A DNA stretch of 64,000 bases from Lama guanicoe. Its lineage: Eukaryota. Shown one piece after another: positions 11,391 through 24,984 of this stretch (position 1 is its first letter; each line of letters starts with the position of its first letter). Where the stretch lies: the NCBI GenBank assembly GCA_013239625.1, contig MU053513.1:1476927-1540926 (forward strand), written 5' to 3'. Below the pieces are notes generated by a model that did not search any database, was not told where the DNA came from, and saw only the letters and a program-made list of their open reading frames with translations. A program made the position numbers and the translations under genes.

Positions 11391-13312
11391 TTTGACAGTC
11401 CAATAGATACTATCTTAGTTTACTGATTAGAAAAGATTGAAATCCCCAAGTTTTCTTTACCACAAAACAACCTTTTCTAGAAGACTCTTGATTAACTTTT
11501 AAAATACCACGTCAGTATTTTCTCTTTAATAATCAGAGAGGAAGAAATGGGCAGCTGCCTCCCTTTTGAATATCAGTACCATTAGCGGCTGGTATTGGCC
11601 TCAGGGTGAGTGGATGAGGGGGAAATACTGGCTATAAAGTTCCCACAATGGTGTCCTGAGAGAGCTGGAAGCTAAAACGTGAGGCCAAAACAGGGTTGTT
11701 CGGTACAGAATGGTCAAAGCCAAAAGCATGCACGATCAATGTCTATAAAATATTGAAGTGTAATTGAATGTGGTCAGTAAGATGTGGAATTTAATAAAGG
11801 AGATATATGCTTAAAGTTTAAGTGGGGAAAATTTAGGGTAAATGGAAATATGTACAAGTTCTTTTTTTTAACTGGGGTAAAATTGAGGTTTTTGTTAACT
11901 TAAGAGACAAGAGCAGACAAGAATTAAATCCGTAGGCAATGCCTCCATAAGGTTTATTGGCAGTAGAGAGATTTTTGTGGAAGCAGTCCTCAATCTGTTG
12001 GGTTCTGGGTTCTGGGTCCCCTCGACCATTGCATTATAAGGAGACCCTAAATACACACACACAGAGCAAGCCTTGCCTGTGGATCTTATGAAAAATATGC
12101 CTAACACATGGGTACTACCGTTTGACACAAACACTTAGATGATTGGCTGATGAGTAACAGAACGTAAGACAGGTTGGAGAAGCCAGGCAGGCTGAACTAG
12201 GGTCTCACATGGGGAGAGCTGTCAGAGGAGACTCTAATCATGGGGGGCTGGGGAGTGGCACATAACTAAGGGGAGGGGTCACAGCAGGAGCCTGGATGTG
12301 AAAGGCCCCCCTCCCCCGAGCAGAAAAGAGAGGGGTCGAGTCAGCACGATGGCCTAGGCTGCATGGTGAAAGATGGGACCTCAGCGATTCAGGACAACTA
12401 CCACACTCATAAAACTCTGTATATGGGTAATTTTTTGTGGGAAATGGTTAAGGAGCTTCTGACCCAGGGCTTGGCCCAGGGCTCATCCCAAACAGCAAAA
12501 ACAAAACCAAAAGAATGTGGAAGTAAAGGGAAGCACGAGGAGTTAAAGAGGGGGAAACTGTAGGAAAGGCAGGGAGCACTTGGCCTGCTACAGGCCCTGG
12601 AAGTGGAGCTCCAGCCTGATTCAACCTGTTCCCGAGGGACATGGGGGCCTTGGGCAGTATCTGAGTCTCTTCTACAAATTTACTTTAAAGTCCCCCCGAA
12701 GCCTTAGAAGTTTTTGTCATTGTGTTCCCTCAATTGATGGAATAATGAAAAGGCTTCACATTAAAAAAAAAATCAATCTTCATACTACAAGAGTTCAGAA
12801 GCAGTATTTTCAGAGCAATGACCAGCTATGATTGATGGGAAGAGAAACATGAAGTTGTCAGCTTCGTCAGAGAGGGAAGGCTGAACTGGCCAATCGCACA
12901 ACTTCGAAATCCACATAGGGCACTGTCCTTACTGAAAGCACCCGCAGACCAACCACATCCTGGCCCCCTGCGCGTTGGGCAAGTAGGAATACTGGTTTCC
13001 AGGAAGGGCCAGACTGGCTGTCAGTGGTCAGAGTGTTCATCATTTATGCTTTCCTTTTCTGCCTCTGTCTCATTTAATCCTCACACCAAACCCTGTGTGA
13101 TAGTTACTATTATTATCCCGATGTTAAAGATGGAGAAAATGAGGCCCAGAACTGACCGCGGTCACGCAGCTCACAGGGCCAGAGTCCAGAACCATCTGAC
13201 TGTGAAACCTAGGAGCACAGTGATTAATAAATCAATTAATCAACTACTTATTGAGCCTCTACACTGTGCGAAGCATTAAAATAAGCAGATTATGAGCAAA
13301 TGTCACATACAT

Positions 13313-13767
13313 TACTATGTTAGCATTCTCCAAAGAAACAGACCCCGCACGATATGTATAGAAAGAGACTTATTATAAGAGTTGGCTCATGTAAGAATGA
13401 GGCTGGCAAGTCCAAATCTGCAGTGTGGATTGGTAGCCTGGAAACCCAGGGGAAATGATGGTGCCGTTCTAGTCTGAAGGCCATCCGGCGCAGGCCCGGG
13501 AAAGCTGATGGCAACAGATGAAGTCGAAGGCAGTCTGCTGGGGACTTTTTCTCTTACTTGGGAGAGGGTAGGCCTTTTCTGTTCTATTCAGGCCTTCAAC
13601 TGATTGGATGGTTCCCACTCACATTTTAGAGAGCAGTCTGCTTTATTTTGCCCATTCAAATGCTAATCTCAACCAAAAACACCCTCACACAAACGCCCCA
13701 AATATTTGACCAAATATCTGGGCAGCCAGCAGCCCAGTCAAGTTGACTCATAAAATTAACCATCACA
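13313..13767 (-). mobile_element. ERVL LTR (MLT2-like)
   Basis: 'ttctccaaagaaacaga...gaggctggcaagtccaaatctgcag...gcccagtcaagttgactcataaaattaaccatcaca' is the MLT2 signature. Confidence 0.85.
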
Positions 13768-14671
13768 ATTACATTTAAAACGCGCCTTTCTCTCAACCCT
13801 TTCTTAGGCGTATAGTAACTTTATAATCTTTGTACTTTACTAGTCTGGAATTTAATAGAAGTGCTTTTTTTAGTCTCAAATACTTAAGAACCCACAATTC
13901 CCTTTATAGCAATTGGGGATCTCTTAGCAAAGGATACATTTGTATCTCTTATTTTTAAACTTTAAATTAGATTTTAAATGTAGAGTTTCAATTACTGTGT
14001 CCTCAGGGAATCGTGAACGTACTAAGACATAAATTTGAAATTAATACTGTCAGGATTAAGCCCCTATCTGATAAAAAAAAATTTTACTTAAGTGAAACAT
14101 TATTTTTTCACATTATTATATAAAGATGAGAAAAAATGTCCCAGTCAGGGAAATGAGTACTGAGAGGCAAAAAGGACAACTTAAATCAGGTTATGAGAAA
14201 TATTAATAAAATTACAGACAGCAGTTAACAGAATGGTGAAAAAGAAAGCAAGCTTTCGAGCTATGAGAATGAAGTCTAGCACAGACAGTGAGGGCCTCTC
14301 CTCCTGTCCAGAGCTAAGGGTTGGTGCTAGAGTTAGGACTGGGTCTTAGTGTTAAGGCCCCTGAGGGCAGGAATCACATCTTTATGTCCCCTGCTTGTGG
14401 TATAATACAAGCCTTACATGGTAGGGGCTCAATAATTTTTTAAAGTTAAAAAAAATGGATATTTGGAGAAAAGTAATCTAGCGGAAGGGAACAGAAGAAA
14501 AAGAAAGGCATGGGATGTTCAGGTATGTGGCATGGCTTGGTTACCGCCCTGCTAGGTACAGAGTCTGGGATTCCGAGACCTCACTGGATTGTCAGAGGAG
14601 GAGGGTTTACGGGAAGGCAAGTTCCCAAAGCCTGATACGCTTTCTTAGTTCAAGAACTACTTACATTCCTT

Positions 14672-14835
14672 GGGAGGGTACAGCTCAGTGGCAGAGCACA
14701 TGCATGGGTGAGGTCCTGGGTTCAATCCCCAGTACCTCCATTTAAAAAATAAATAATTAGATAAATAAACCTAATTACTCTCCCCCCTCCAAAAAAAAGA
14801 AAACTAAAAGAAAGACAAGAAAGAAAAAAAAAAAG
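14672..14835 (+). mobile_element. tRNA-derived SINE (camelid Vic-1 type)
   Basis: A-box 'agctcagtgg', B-box 'ggttcaatccc', tail 'aacctaattac..cccc' and A-rich end. Confidence 0.9.
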
Positions 14836-16813
14836 AAATAGATTCTTCTCTTCGGCAATAGAACATATCAAAAATGAGTTTTGTAAGAATCCCTCTGTAC
14901 CATCTGCCCACCTGGCTTTTTCTTTTCTTTTCTTTTCTTCTCTTTTCCTAAAAAGCTAGCAAGTTTTCTAGGCTAATTAGGGAGAGAGAATGTTCATTTT
15001 CAATTTTCCTTTTCTATTCTTTATTTCTATCACCTTCAAATACGTGGGCTTTGTTTTTCAGCTTGAAAAATCTTTTCTGAAACATGCGCACATCTAATCT
15101 CCCTGCTAGTGAGACATGAAGACCAGCTCCACTTTGTGTGTAGCATTGTGGGAGCTCTGATGCAGTCAGAGCTCCGACACTCCTTCAGAGCCGCACGAGT
15201 TCTCCCGTGCAGATACAGATAAAACTCAAAACCTTTTCACTTCATAAAGTACATTTTCTGGGAAGAAATCCAGTGTTTCACAATCAATATACGTAAGGCA
15301 CCAATTAAACAAAGCTATCATTTCAAAGCTTTCAGAGCAAAAGCAGAACTTCTGACCTAGGACGTAGGGTCCAGACCTTTCCGTATGAGAAAAGTGCCTT
15401 GAGATCCTTCAAGCTCCAACATCCCGTCTGAAAGAGTAAGCACAGCCAGCTGTGTGGACACAGTCAGCTCACTAGAAAGCAGACAGAGAAGGAGAGGTTT
15501 CATTAGGATTGAGGCGTGGTCAGAGAAGGATGGAAATCATTAACTCCAGGGTTAGAAGTCACCTCGTAACTGTCCAGTCTTACAAATGAAATCATAAAAA
15601 TAACAGAATCTTGGAATTGGAGGAGGGGTTAACAAAACTCTGCATCAGATACCATCACTGTCCATAATTTGTTCATTAATTTTTCATGTTTAATAAAATA
15701 TATTCGGAGGCAAGCAGTGGGAAGGGAGACCCTGAACTCAGTATTTTTTAAGTTACTGGCAATTTTACTTCCAGTTTGACTGAAAAAAACAAAAAACAAA
15801 AACAAAAAATGACTTGCCAAAAACCAATGAAATACAGACATTTAGGAAGATAGTTATTTGGAAACTTCTGTTACGTGGTTTTTCTTTTAATGTTTCAGCC
15901 CCTCTTTTGAGGCTGATTTTAGACAACAGAGAAAAGAAAAGATCCCATGGACACGACTTCTCTATCAAATGTGAAAACCACAGTCGCAACACACGTCCCT
16001 GCGGGTCCTAGTGCCACTGGGTCCCACTGACCCAGGTCAGCAGCCTGATCCCTCAAACCCGCCCTGGTAAGGCCAACAGAGACGGGTACGTTCTCATAAC
16101 ATTTCTTCATTTCGTTGTAACAGCTACATTTCAAACGATGCCTCCCTTTTCCCCTGGAGTCCAAGACTTGGTTTAAATAAGTAGGTCATAGATGCTTAAT
16201 GCTCTAATGCTTCCCAAGCTTATTTCCACTAGTCGGTTACTTGGTTACTGTCTAAGCCCTTTCAATTAACAGTGCGCAGAAATGGCCGTGATGAGGTTGA
16301 TCTGGAGAGTAATGCGCTGTTTGCCTGGCAAAACTGGCTTTAAAAATCACGTCCTCCTTTAGCTCTGAAAGTTTATCGCTCATGTCTGTGAGATAAAGCA
16401 AAGCACGAAACAAAACACAAATGTCCTCCACCCAACCTTCATTTTTCTGGGATAGCCCAAATTTCATGTATTAAAATATAGTATTAAGTACCAAGCAGTA
16501 GAGGTTTGGTTAAATAAGCTGTAATATATTATATGACGGGCAACTCTACAGCCCTTTAGGAGACGTGAGGAAGAATATGAAATGGAAAATGTAACATGTG
16601 TTTAGGTTAGAAGCCAGCTTGTAAAACACTGTTAGAGAATAATCCTGCTTTTGTAGAGAAGGAGAAAGGATTGGAAAATGTACACCAAAATAGCAGTTAT
16701 AGTTATATTGAAGTGGTAAAATTATATGTGATTTTTATTCTTTCTTTAACCTTTTCCATATTTGTTAACATTTCTATACAATGTGACTTTTTAATAGATT
16801 AAAAATAATTGTA

Positions 16814-17785
16814 CAGGGACCTAAATAGACATTTTTCCAAAGAAGACATACAGACGGCTAACAGAACCAAGAAAAGGTGCTCAACATCACTCATCATCTG
16901 TGAAATACAAATCAAAATCAAAATGAGATACCACGTCACACCTGTCAGAATGGCTGTCTTCCGAAAGACACAAATAACAAGTGTTGATGAATATGTGGGA
17001 AAAAGGGAAACTTGTGCACTGCTGGTGGAATGTAAGTTGGTACAGCCACTATGGAAAACAGTCTAAGATTTCTCAAAAAATTAAAAATAGAACTACCATA
17101 TGATAGAGCAATTCCACTTCTGGGGATTTTTCCAAAGAAAAGAAAACACTAATTTGAAGAGATATATGCACCCCTATGTTTGCTGCAGCATTATTTACAA
17201 CAGTCAAAATACAGAAGCACCCACAGATAGATGAATAGATAAAGAAGATATGGTGTATATATACATATAATGGAATATTATTCAGCCATAAAAATGAAAT
17301 CCTGACATTTGCAACAACATGGTTGGATCTACAGGGTATTATGCTAAGTGAACTAAGTCAGACAGAGGAAGATAAACATTCTGTGCCTTCACATACATGG
17401 AATCTAAAAAACAAAACAAACAAAACAAAGTAAAAACAGACTCACAGATGCAGAGAACGGGTAGCTGCCAGAGGGGAGGGTGAAATAAGTGAAGGGATTA
17501 AGAGGGACGAAGTTCCAGTTATAAAATAAATGAACCATGGGGATGTAACATACAGCATAAGGAATGAAGTCAATAATATTGCAATAACTTTGTGTGGCTA
17601 ACAGACTCATTGTAGTGATCATTTCATAATGTATGGAAATCATTATGCAGTAAACCTGAAACTAACATAATATTGTACATCAACTCTATTTCCATTTTAA
17701 AATGTCAATTAAAAATGAATAAATGAAATAAAATAAAACACAGCATCGGGATGTAATCAGCAGAAAAAAATTAAAAATAAAAAAA
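16814..17785 (+). mobile_element. Older L1 3' portion (ORF2 end plus 3'UTR)
   Basis: ORF 16809-17066 ([12 protein letters not shown]...QPLWKTV); A-rich tail; candidate TSD AAAA(A/T)TAATTGTA at 16801-16813 and 17782-17794. Confidence 0.9.
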
Positions 17786-17841
17786 TTAATTGTAAAAATA
17801 AAATTCAGTCACTATTACTCATTCAGCAAAAGATACCTAAA

Positions 17842-17945
17842 GGGGTGGGGTATAACCCGGTGGTAGAGTGCATGCTTAGAATGTGTGAGGTCCTGGGTTC
17901 AATTCCCAGTACCTCCACTGAAAAAAAAAAAAAAACTAAAAAAGT
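17842..17945 (+). mobile_element. tRNA-derived SINE
   Basis: 'tggtagagtgcatgcttag...aggtcctgggttcaattcccagtacctcc' plus poly(A). Confidence 0.9.
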
Positions 17946-18031
17946 AAAAGCTGCTATGTTTCCTATGATCTTCAGTATAAGTCTCTTTTCCATGATCTTT
18001 GAATCCATTCTTGCCCCTTCTTTCTTACCAA

Positions 18032-18580
18032 ATGTGCATTCCGTCCTACTTCTGCATGACAATGATCCCCAAAACTCAGCTGAAAACAACACACATTTTG
18101 ATCTCACGGTCTCACAGGTCATGACTCTGGGCGCAGCTGACCGGGACCTCCTGCTTCGTGGTCTCTCAGTCAAAGAGTTAGTCCGGGCTGTATAATCTCA
18201 TCCGAAGGTTCAACGCGGGAAGGACTGACTTCCCACGCTCACTGCTCAGGGGCAGCATTCTCACAGGCTATTGGGCTAAAGACCTCACTTCCTCGCTGGC
18301 CTGTTGGCAGGAGGTTTCGCTCATCTCCTGGCCACGTGTGCCTCTCCCACACAGCAGCTTGCTTCACCAAAGCATGCGAGCCAAGTAGACAACAGAGAGG
18401 AGCTGCTAGCGAACACAGAAGCCACAGGATCTTTCAACTCTGTCAGAGAAGTGGCCGCCAGTCTATTGTCTAGGACTAAGTCATTAAGTCCAACCCACAC
18501 TTCAGAAGAGAAGATCACACCAGGGCACGAATCCCAGTAGGTAGGATCACTGGGAACCGTCTTGGAAGTCTGCCTACCAC
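18032..18580 (-). mobile_element. MaLR LTR (MLT1-like)
   Basis: 'ccccaaaactcagctgaaaacaacac..atctcacggtc' start and 'gtctgcctaccaca' end. Confidence 0.7.
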
Positions 18581-21500
18581 ACTATTCTTTCCAGTTAGTC
18601 TTTCTGTAGTTTCTCTGCTGTACCTTAGAATCAGTTCTCCTTTATATCCCTCAAATCTCTTCCTTCAGTCTATACATTTATAAAAATAAATATCTAAAAA
18701 TAAATATCACACAAATCAAGTTTTGTTTTACGCTTTGTTTTTAGATAAAATCAATAATTTTAACATCATACTTTCCTAATGATAAATTGAAGGATTTTTT
18801 GTTATATCCTTAAGGAAATTGGTATTCCTTTAATGAGAAATAGAAAAGTTCAATCACCGTGTTATTTATAATACCAGCAACCTATTTGAAAGATCTAAAT
18901 TTTCACTGTATATAAATTGACACAGTCATCAGAGGCAATAATACTTAATCACTAAAATCATGTTATAGAAGAATATTTACAATACCAGAAACACCTATAT
19001 TGTTAAATTTTTTTAAAAATCAAGATTTTGGGGGTATTAAAATCTGAGGTGTTTTTTGCCCTTCACAATAATTTCAGAATCTGAATATTGTATTAATATA
19101 TTAGGAATATATTATTATTATATTTATTATTTATAAATAATCACAGGGTTTTCTTCTTTTCTCTCAGCCAAGCAATAGCTAAAATTAATATATTTATTAC
19201 TAATATTTAATGAATACATTTTGAAACTCAAGTAATATAAATGGATTTTTTAAAGTGTAGAATATTGAGAAGTTATAATGATCTTACGTAGTGAAGAGAA
19301 TATTATGTTAAGGGAGAATGAATACTCTAGAATCCATCCAGGTAAAATCTCTTTGGAGAATGAGATAAGTGGGATATAAATTAATAAAATTTTCAAACAA
19401 AAATTTTTTCATGTACTATTCAAGCACCTACTGTGTGCAGACAGCTACCTCTATGGTTCTAAATTCAGTTTGTTAGTTTGGACACATAAAATCCAAGTTA
19501 GCATATAAAATTTTCTTGTTTGCCATATTAAACTATTTTTGTGTGTCTAACGGTATTTTCTGATTAATTTATTGAATTCATATGTACCTACCTTAAACTT
19601 TTGATAAAAGTTATTTTCTATTGAATTTTCAGTAAACCAGCCTTCTTCATTTTTGTCACATTATGGCAAGCAAACAAAAAATTTAAAACAGAAATCCCAT
19701 CAACATGAAAACGTCACCTAGAGAACCCTGTGTATTCCAAATTAGGCTTCTCCACAGCTTCTAGTACATAAAAGTCATGTGCTAAAAAAAATTTTTTTAA
19801 TTTTTAAGGGATAAAATAGAAAATGAAGAAAAGAAAAATTAGAGGAGAAACCTCTCAAAGCTTTCCAAGGACAACTTTAGCCATGCGAAATTGCTTAACA
19901 ATTCTTTTTTCATAAACATTATCAATTTTATTATGTCCTTCATGCCTATATTTTGATATAGTCACTGTTTTCATTTAGAATAACATTCTTTTTCTAAGTA
20001 TAGAAATACTACATAATCATTGTAGAGAACTTGGAAAATAAACAAAGGCCCAAAGAAGAAAGCAAAAGTGACCCACAATGTACTACCCAGATTTTACTAT
20101 TGATAATATTTATATTATTAGCTTTCTTTTATATTTTTGCTAACAAAAAGGATCCTGCTGAGTATAAAGTTATGTCTTCCCTTTTTAGTTACATTACACA
20201 CTTTCTCATAATATTAAATGTCTTTGAATAAGTTATTTTAATAATATTCAATCATGGCATCATCTCTGCATTGAAATCTCTGTTCAAGTATTCAAAAATT
20301 TTATCAAGTTTTATATCAGCACTATACTACTCTTATAAATTAATTGATAAAATTTTAGCATGATGTCTTTATGCTCTGCAACAGTTTCTATAAAATACGA
20401 ATTATCTTTTTCCAAAAGTTGAAAAACTCACCTTTTATAACTCTCTGCACAAGGAGTCATTTGGTGAGTGAGGAGCATTTCTCCATGGTTACTGAAATAG
20501 TCAGATTTTCCACTCCCATTAAATCAAGTTAGGTAATTTTCTCCAGAAAATTATATATCTTTCCTATGGTGGGAAGTCCTTCCCAAGTAAGGCAGATTGT
20601 TGCTGAATATCAGTTTTCCATATTCTTCAAGATTTCTTAAATGGGAAGGTAGAAGAAAACCAAATCAGGCACTTGGAGCTCCCTCCTATCATATACAAAA
20701 ACCTCTCCACCAGCTTTTGAAAACTCAGTGTCTGCCTGGAAGTGTATCAACCATAATAATAAATAAATCTATTAATTATTTACTCTGTTCCAGATAGCAT
20801 GCTAAGTGCTTTGGTTATATTATCTAATATAATCCTTACAACGACCTCACAACAAGTAAGTATTATTATTCCCATGTAAGAGATAAGGAAATGAATATTG
20901 GAGAAGTTAAGTAATTTATCCAGCCTGTAGGTGGTGGAGCTAGTCCAGCACCCACATCTAATGACTCCAACCCATTTCCTTAACCATTATGTAATGTTGT
21001 CTCCCATCGTGAGCCATTTTTCTCTACTGTTTTTTAATGTATTACTTTATTTTGATCTGTGTGCGTACATTAATTATTTCTCACCCATTAGAGGTTAAAG
21101 AATCTAACTGAAAAGGAAGGAAAAGGAATCTGACACTATTGGATATTAAGACTTTACCACCATGTTGTAAGAGGGATTGGCATAGAAAATCCCAGGCTTT
21201 TCCAAAAACTGAAAATGTTGTACACTTCCTTGCCAAAGTGGAATTCAAAGTGCAAGGCTTGTTCTGCAGTACATTAAATGATACAACAATGATATTTTCA
21301 TTCACCTTTATATCTTAGAGCCAAGAGATTTGCAGCAGCATGAATTTCTCAGTGAATGGGACATTTAAAACGTTAATTATCCACAATTTTTAAAGCAAAA
21401 GTGAAAATGCCTATTATGAGAATTGCTGAACCAGTGCCCCAACAATCAAACAAGCAGGGATGGAATTATACTAATCAAGAGTCAGTGACTAAAATAATTA

Positions 21501-22369
21501 AAGGAGAATAAGCATTCACTTAGATCAGTTCTTCAGACAAATAAAGGAAAATATCACTACCATTTAGCATTGCTTATAAAATCCAACTTGGAAAGTCAAT
21601 ATGTCATTCATTGAGAAGATGCTTCAGCATGAACAAGAGGGAGGCAAAAAAAAAGCCACTTATTCGTTTAGATCAATTAGAAACCGATTAGTTCCTTAAT
21701 ATGATTTGTCTATATCCTTTGCACTAAGATAGTCTATAATAATAAAATGAGCCTAATGAGAGTCTTCTAATTAAACCACCTTTTCAATAGGAACAAAGGA
21801 ATTTTTTAAAGGAAAGGTAAGAATACTAGAACGTTTCAAAAACCCAACGAGTAAAATACAAATGAAACAAAAACATAGGGGATGGTTGCCCCTTCACTGA
21901 GTCCCAAATGAAAAGAAGCCCTGATACGTCTCACGTTATAAAAGAGAAACGCAGAGAAGGGAGTGTACCAGCAAGTCGCCTCCCACCACACAACTCAACA
22001 ATTAATCTACGAAGCTCACTTTTACTTCGTATCTTCAAGAATAGAATCCTCTAACGTAGATGATGTTGTCTTAATGTGATGGCATCTGCTTGGGAGATAC
22101 TGTTTTATCCTATGTTACATATTTCACCAACTTTCACAGAAGTCTCTACAAAAGATGTTAGCTATTTCTTATTCATTAAACTAATGATTTTGTTTAAAAG
22201 TAGAAACATGACAGCAGAGATACAGGGAAAACAGTGTACCAATCTATATAAATACATCTGGCTACCTGCTTCCTATACATCATGCCAAAAAAAGTCTGGA
22301 TGGATTTTTACCAATTAGGGGAATAAGTTGGGTTGATCTGACTTAAATATAGACTCTTGGTAGCAGCAA

Positions 22370-23010
22370 ATATTGTAGCTCAGCAATGTCCAACATCTGC
22401 TCCGATCTCCTTGTGCTAGCCTCCTGATACTGCAGTGACCAAAGAGCTTTCAGTTTCCCCAGGCTGCCTTACAGCTACGAGTTCTGGATGTGATTTAAGT
22501 TCTGCTGATCACAGGCACTTATGACCTGAATGTAGAACCAACTGAACTGCGAGAAAGGCCAGACACGTGGCACCTTTCGTGCTAGAGCAGGTAGAGCAGA
22601 GGTGGGATGGCCCCAGGCTTGGCACTGCTTTAGCAGAAGCAGCATCCTGACCATGTGGCAGTGGCTCCTTTAGCATACCAGTCCAGCAGCAAGGCTTTGA
22701 GAATTCATCCTAGTGTCTGCCTCCTCACCTTAGACACGTCCCAGTGTCTTCTCTTGAGTCCTTCTAACAATTTGGGGGCCTATTTTTTATTCTTCTTTGT
22801 TTTGGGGGGGTGATTAGGTTTATTTATTTATCTTGTAGTGGAGGTACTGGGGATTGAACCCAGGACTTTGTGCATGTTAAGCCCAAACTCTACCATTGAG
22901 CTAGACCCTCTCTCTTTCTGTAGCCAATTTAATAACCTACAAAGCATCCCTTTCTGCTTAAAACAGCTGCAGGAGATTCTGTTCTCTATAACTGAATCTA
23001 ATAGGATAAT
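22370..23010 (+). mobile_element. Old ERVL-class LTR (LTR33-like) interrupted by a SINE
   Basis: 'gtttccccaggctgccttacagctacgagttctggatgtg' and 'ccctttctgcttaaaacagct...attctgttctctataact'. Confidence 0.45.
22784..22912 (-). mobile_element. tRNA-derived SINE
   Basis: Reverse complement of the SINE consensus ('ggaggtactggggattgaacccaggac...tgagctagaccctc'). Confidence 0.9.
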
Positions 23011-24478
23011 TTAGATAAAATTCAGCTTAGAGGAGCCCAGGGACAATGAGAGGCCCCAGATCGTCAATCAGGAGAGGCACATTCCTTCCAGGGCAACTGA
23101 GACTCATGCTGGAAGTGGAGATGGTTTATGTCCTCCAAGGGATGAGCCATAATCCTCCAGATCCCAGACAAATGAGGCACAGGATGCTGACTCCTGGGAT
23201 TGTCAATCAGGGAACATGGTCCCTCACAAGCTACTCAAATTCGAGTCCAATGTTTGGTTGGGCTATTTGGTTCCAACAAAGAGGAACATGCCATACCTAA
23301 TAAAACACTGTGGACAGAGAAAACAAACACTGATGCAAAAATGGGCCCCAATTCAGCTGTGTTAAGGAATCTAACAATAGTTTAATGTCCAACATCTACC
23401 ACCTAAGTGTCCCTGCTATTCCCAGAACCAGTTACTAAACTCCAGAGATGATGAAATCTTTATTATCAAAGCAACATGAAGAATTTGGACATGTAAAATA
23501 AGACCAAGGCTTACAGCAGAGCTTTTCAGTAGGTCTCTAGTAAAGGGAAAGGGAAATTCCATAGGAGCCACTGATTCAATGTCCCATTTGCTTTCACATC
23601 TCTGCCGTTCCCTATGAGCCTCTGTTAACCGTGACCAGTCACACAGCCCAGAGAAAACATTTTGAATTGAGGGCGTGGATTTGTGATCCAGCTGCTTCTC
23701 TCCTGGGCACCTCATACAGCAGCAGGAAATCATTCATCCACACCTAGCACCTGAACTGACAGATGAGATCTATAAGAAAGCAGTTCTATATTATTATTTT
23801 GAAAGGAAACTATTACAACTCCAACTTTTAAACCTTTTGTTTCTAACAAGTGCCATTTAGCTACAGCTAATAAGTCTCCCAAGGAACATGAGGTGACAAT
23901 AGAGCTAACATACAATAAATAAGGGGGCAATATCCTATGATAAGTACAGAAGTACGTGACGTACCTCAAAGGCCTTGGCAAGTCATTTAAATGTGAAAAA
24001 CATCTGCGAGAAGAAAAGCTAGTTCAAGTGATGGCTGTTGTAACAGTACCATGTGAATCAGTATCTGGCCAGAATTCTATCTGAATGGAAACAAGGTTTT
24101 CAGCGATCTGAATCATCCATGTGATGTTATTTACCAAATGCAAAGAAGCTCAACTTGCTTTATTTATTTAGGCAAAGGACAAATAAATTCACAATCAACT
24201 GCTTGCTTGAAACTTATTTAAAAGTTTTGAAGTCATGAATGAGGTCTTAAAGTTTGTAATGTACCTGTTTAAGTTTATGCTTGGTATGAATCCGTCTATA
24301 ACTTTCACAGGGTATTAACCATAATTACCTCTGCAGCACTTCAGTGCTCAGTCATTTCTCCTCCTCTCAGGTCTGGAGGAACCTTGGTTGGTTTTGTAGA
24401 GTGAGTCATTCGCTCTGAATACTCTCTGAAACCACATGATATAATCCTCAAGTTTCCAAGGAGAAGCTATCTGGGCGT

Positions 24479-24984
24479 CGTCAACTGAAATGAACTCACA
24501 CAGCATGAGAGTTGTGGGTCAAGTTTGATTTGCGGCAAAATGAGGACCATAGCCCAGGAGACAGCATCTCAGCTCTGAGAAACTGCTCCAAAGAGGCAGG
24601 GGGAGAACTCGGTATTACGTGTGGTTTCCGTGAAGGGGGGACGTGCAGTCAAGCACACATTTAGGCTTGTTAGCTTGCTGCTAGTCACGAGGAGATGTCA
24701 CTCTTAGTGATTTTAGTGCTTTTCTAGATATGAGGAGATGCGAGAATGTGGGCTCATAAAATATTCTCCTGAAAAGATCGCACTGTATGTTCTGCCAGTT
24801 TTCCCAGAGCACAGAGCGCCCCGTTCCTGACCTCCACCCTAAACTCTCTGAACTCCTTTCAGGGTGGGCTGGAGGTCAGCGGCTGCAGGGGCTTGTGATT
24901 TAATCCAAGCAGAGGTAGATGGCAAGTGCCAACATGATCCAGTCCTTCCAGAGGCAGATGGCAAGTGCCAGTTTTTAGTTAGCA
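24479..24984 (-). mobile_element. Solo ERV1-type LTR
   Basis: Ends (C/T)G...CA; 4-bp TSD GCGT (24475-24478) / GTGT (24985-24988); internal 21-bp direct repeat agaggYagatggcaagtgcca at 24911-24931 and 24950-24970; resembles cetartiodactyl ERV1 LTRs. Confidence 0.75.
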
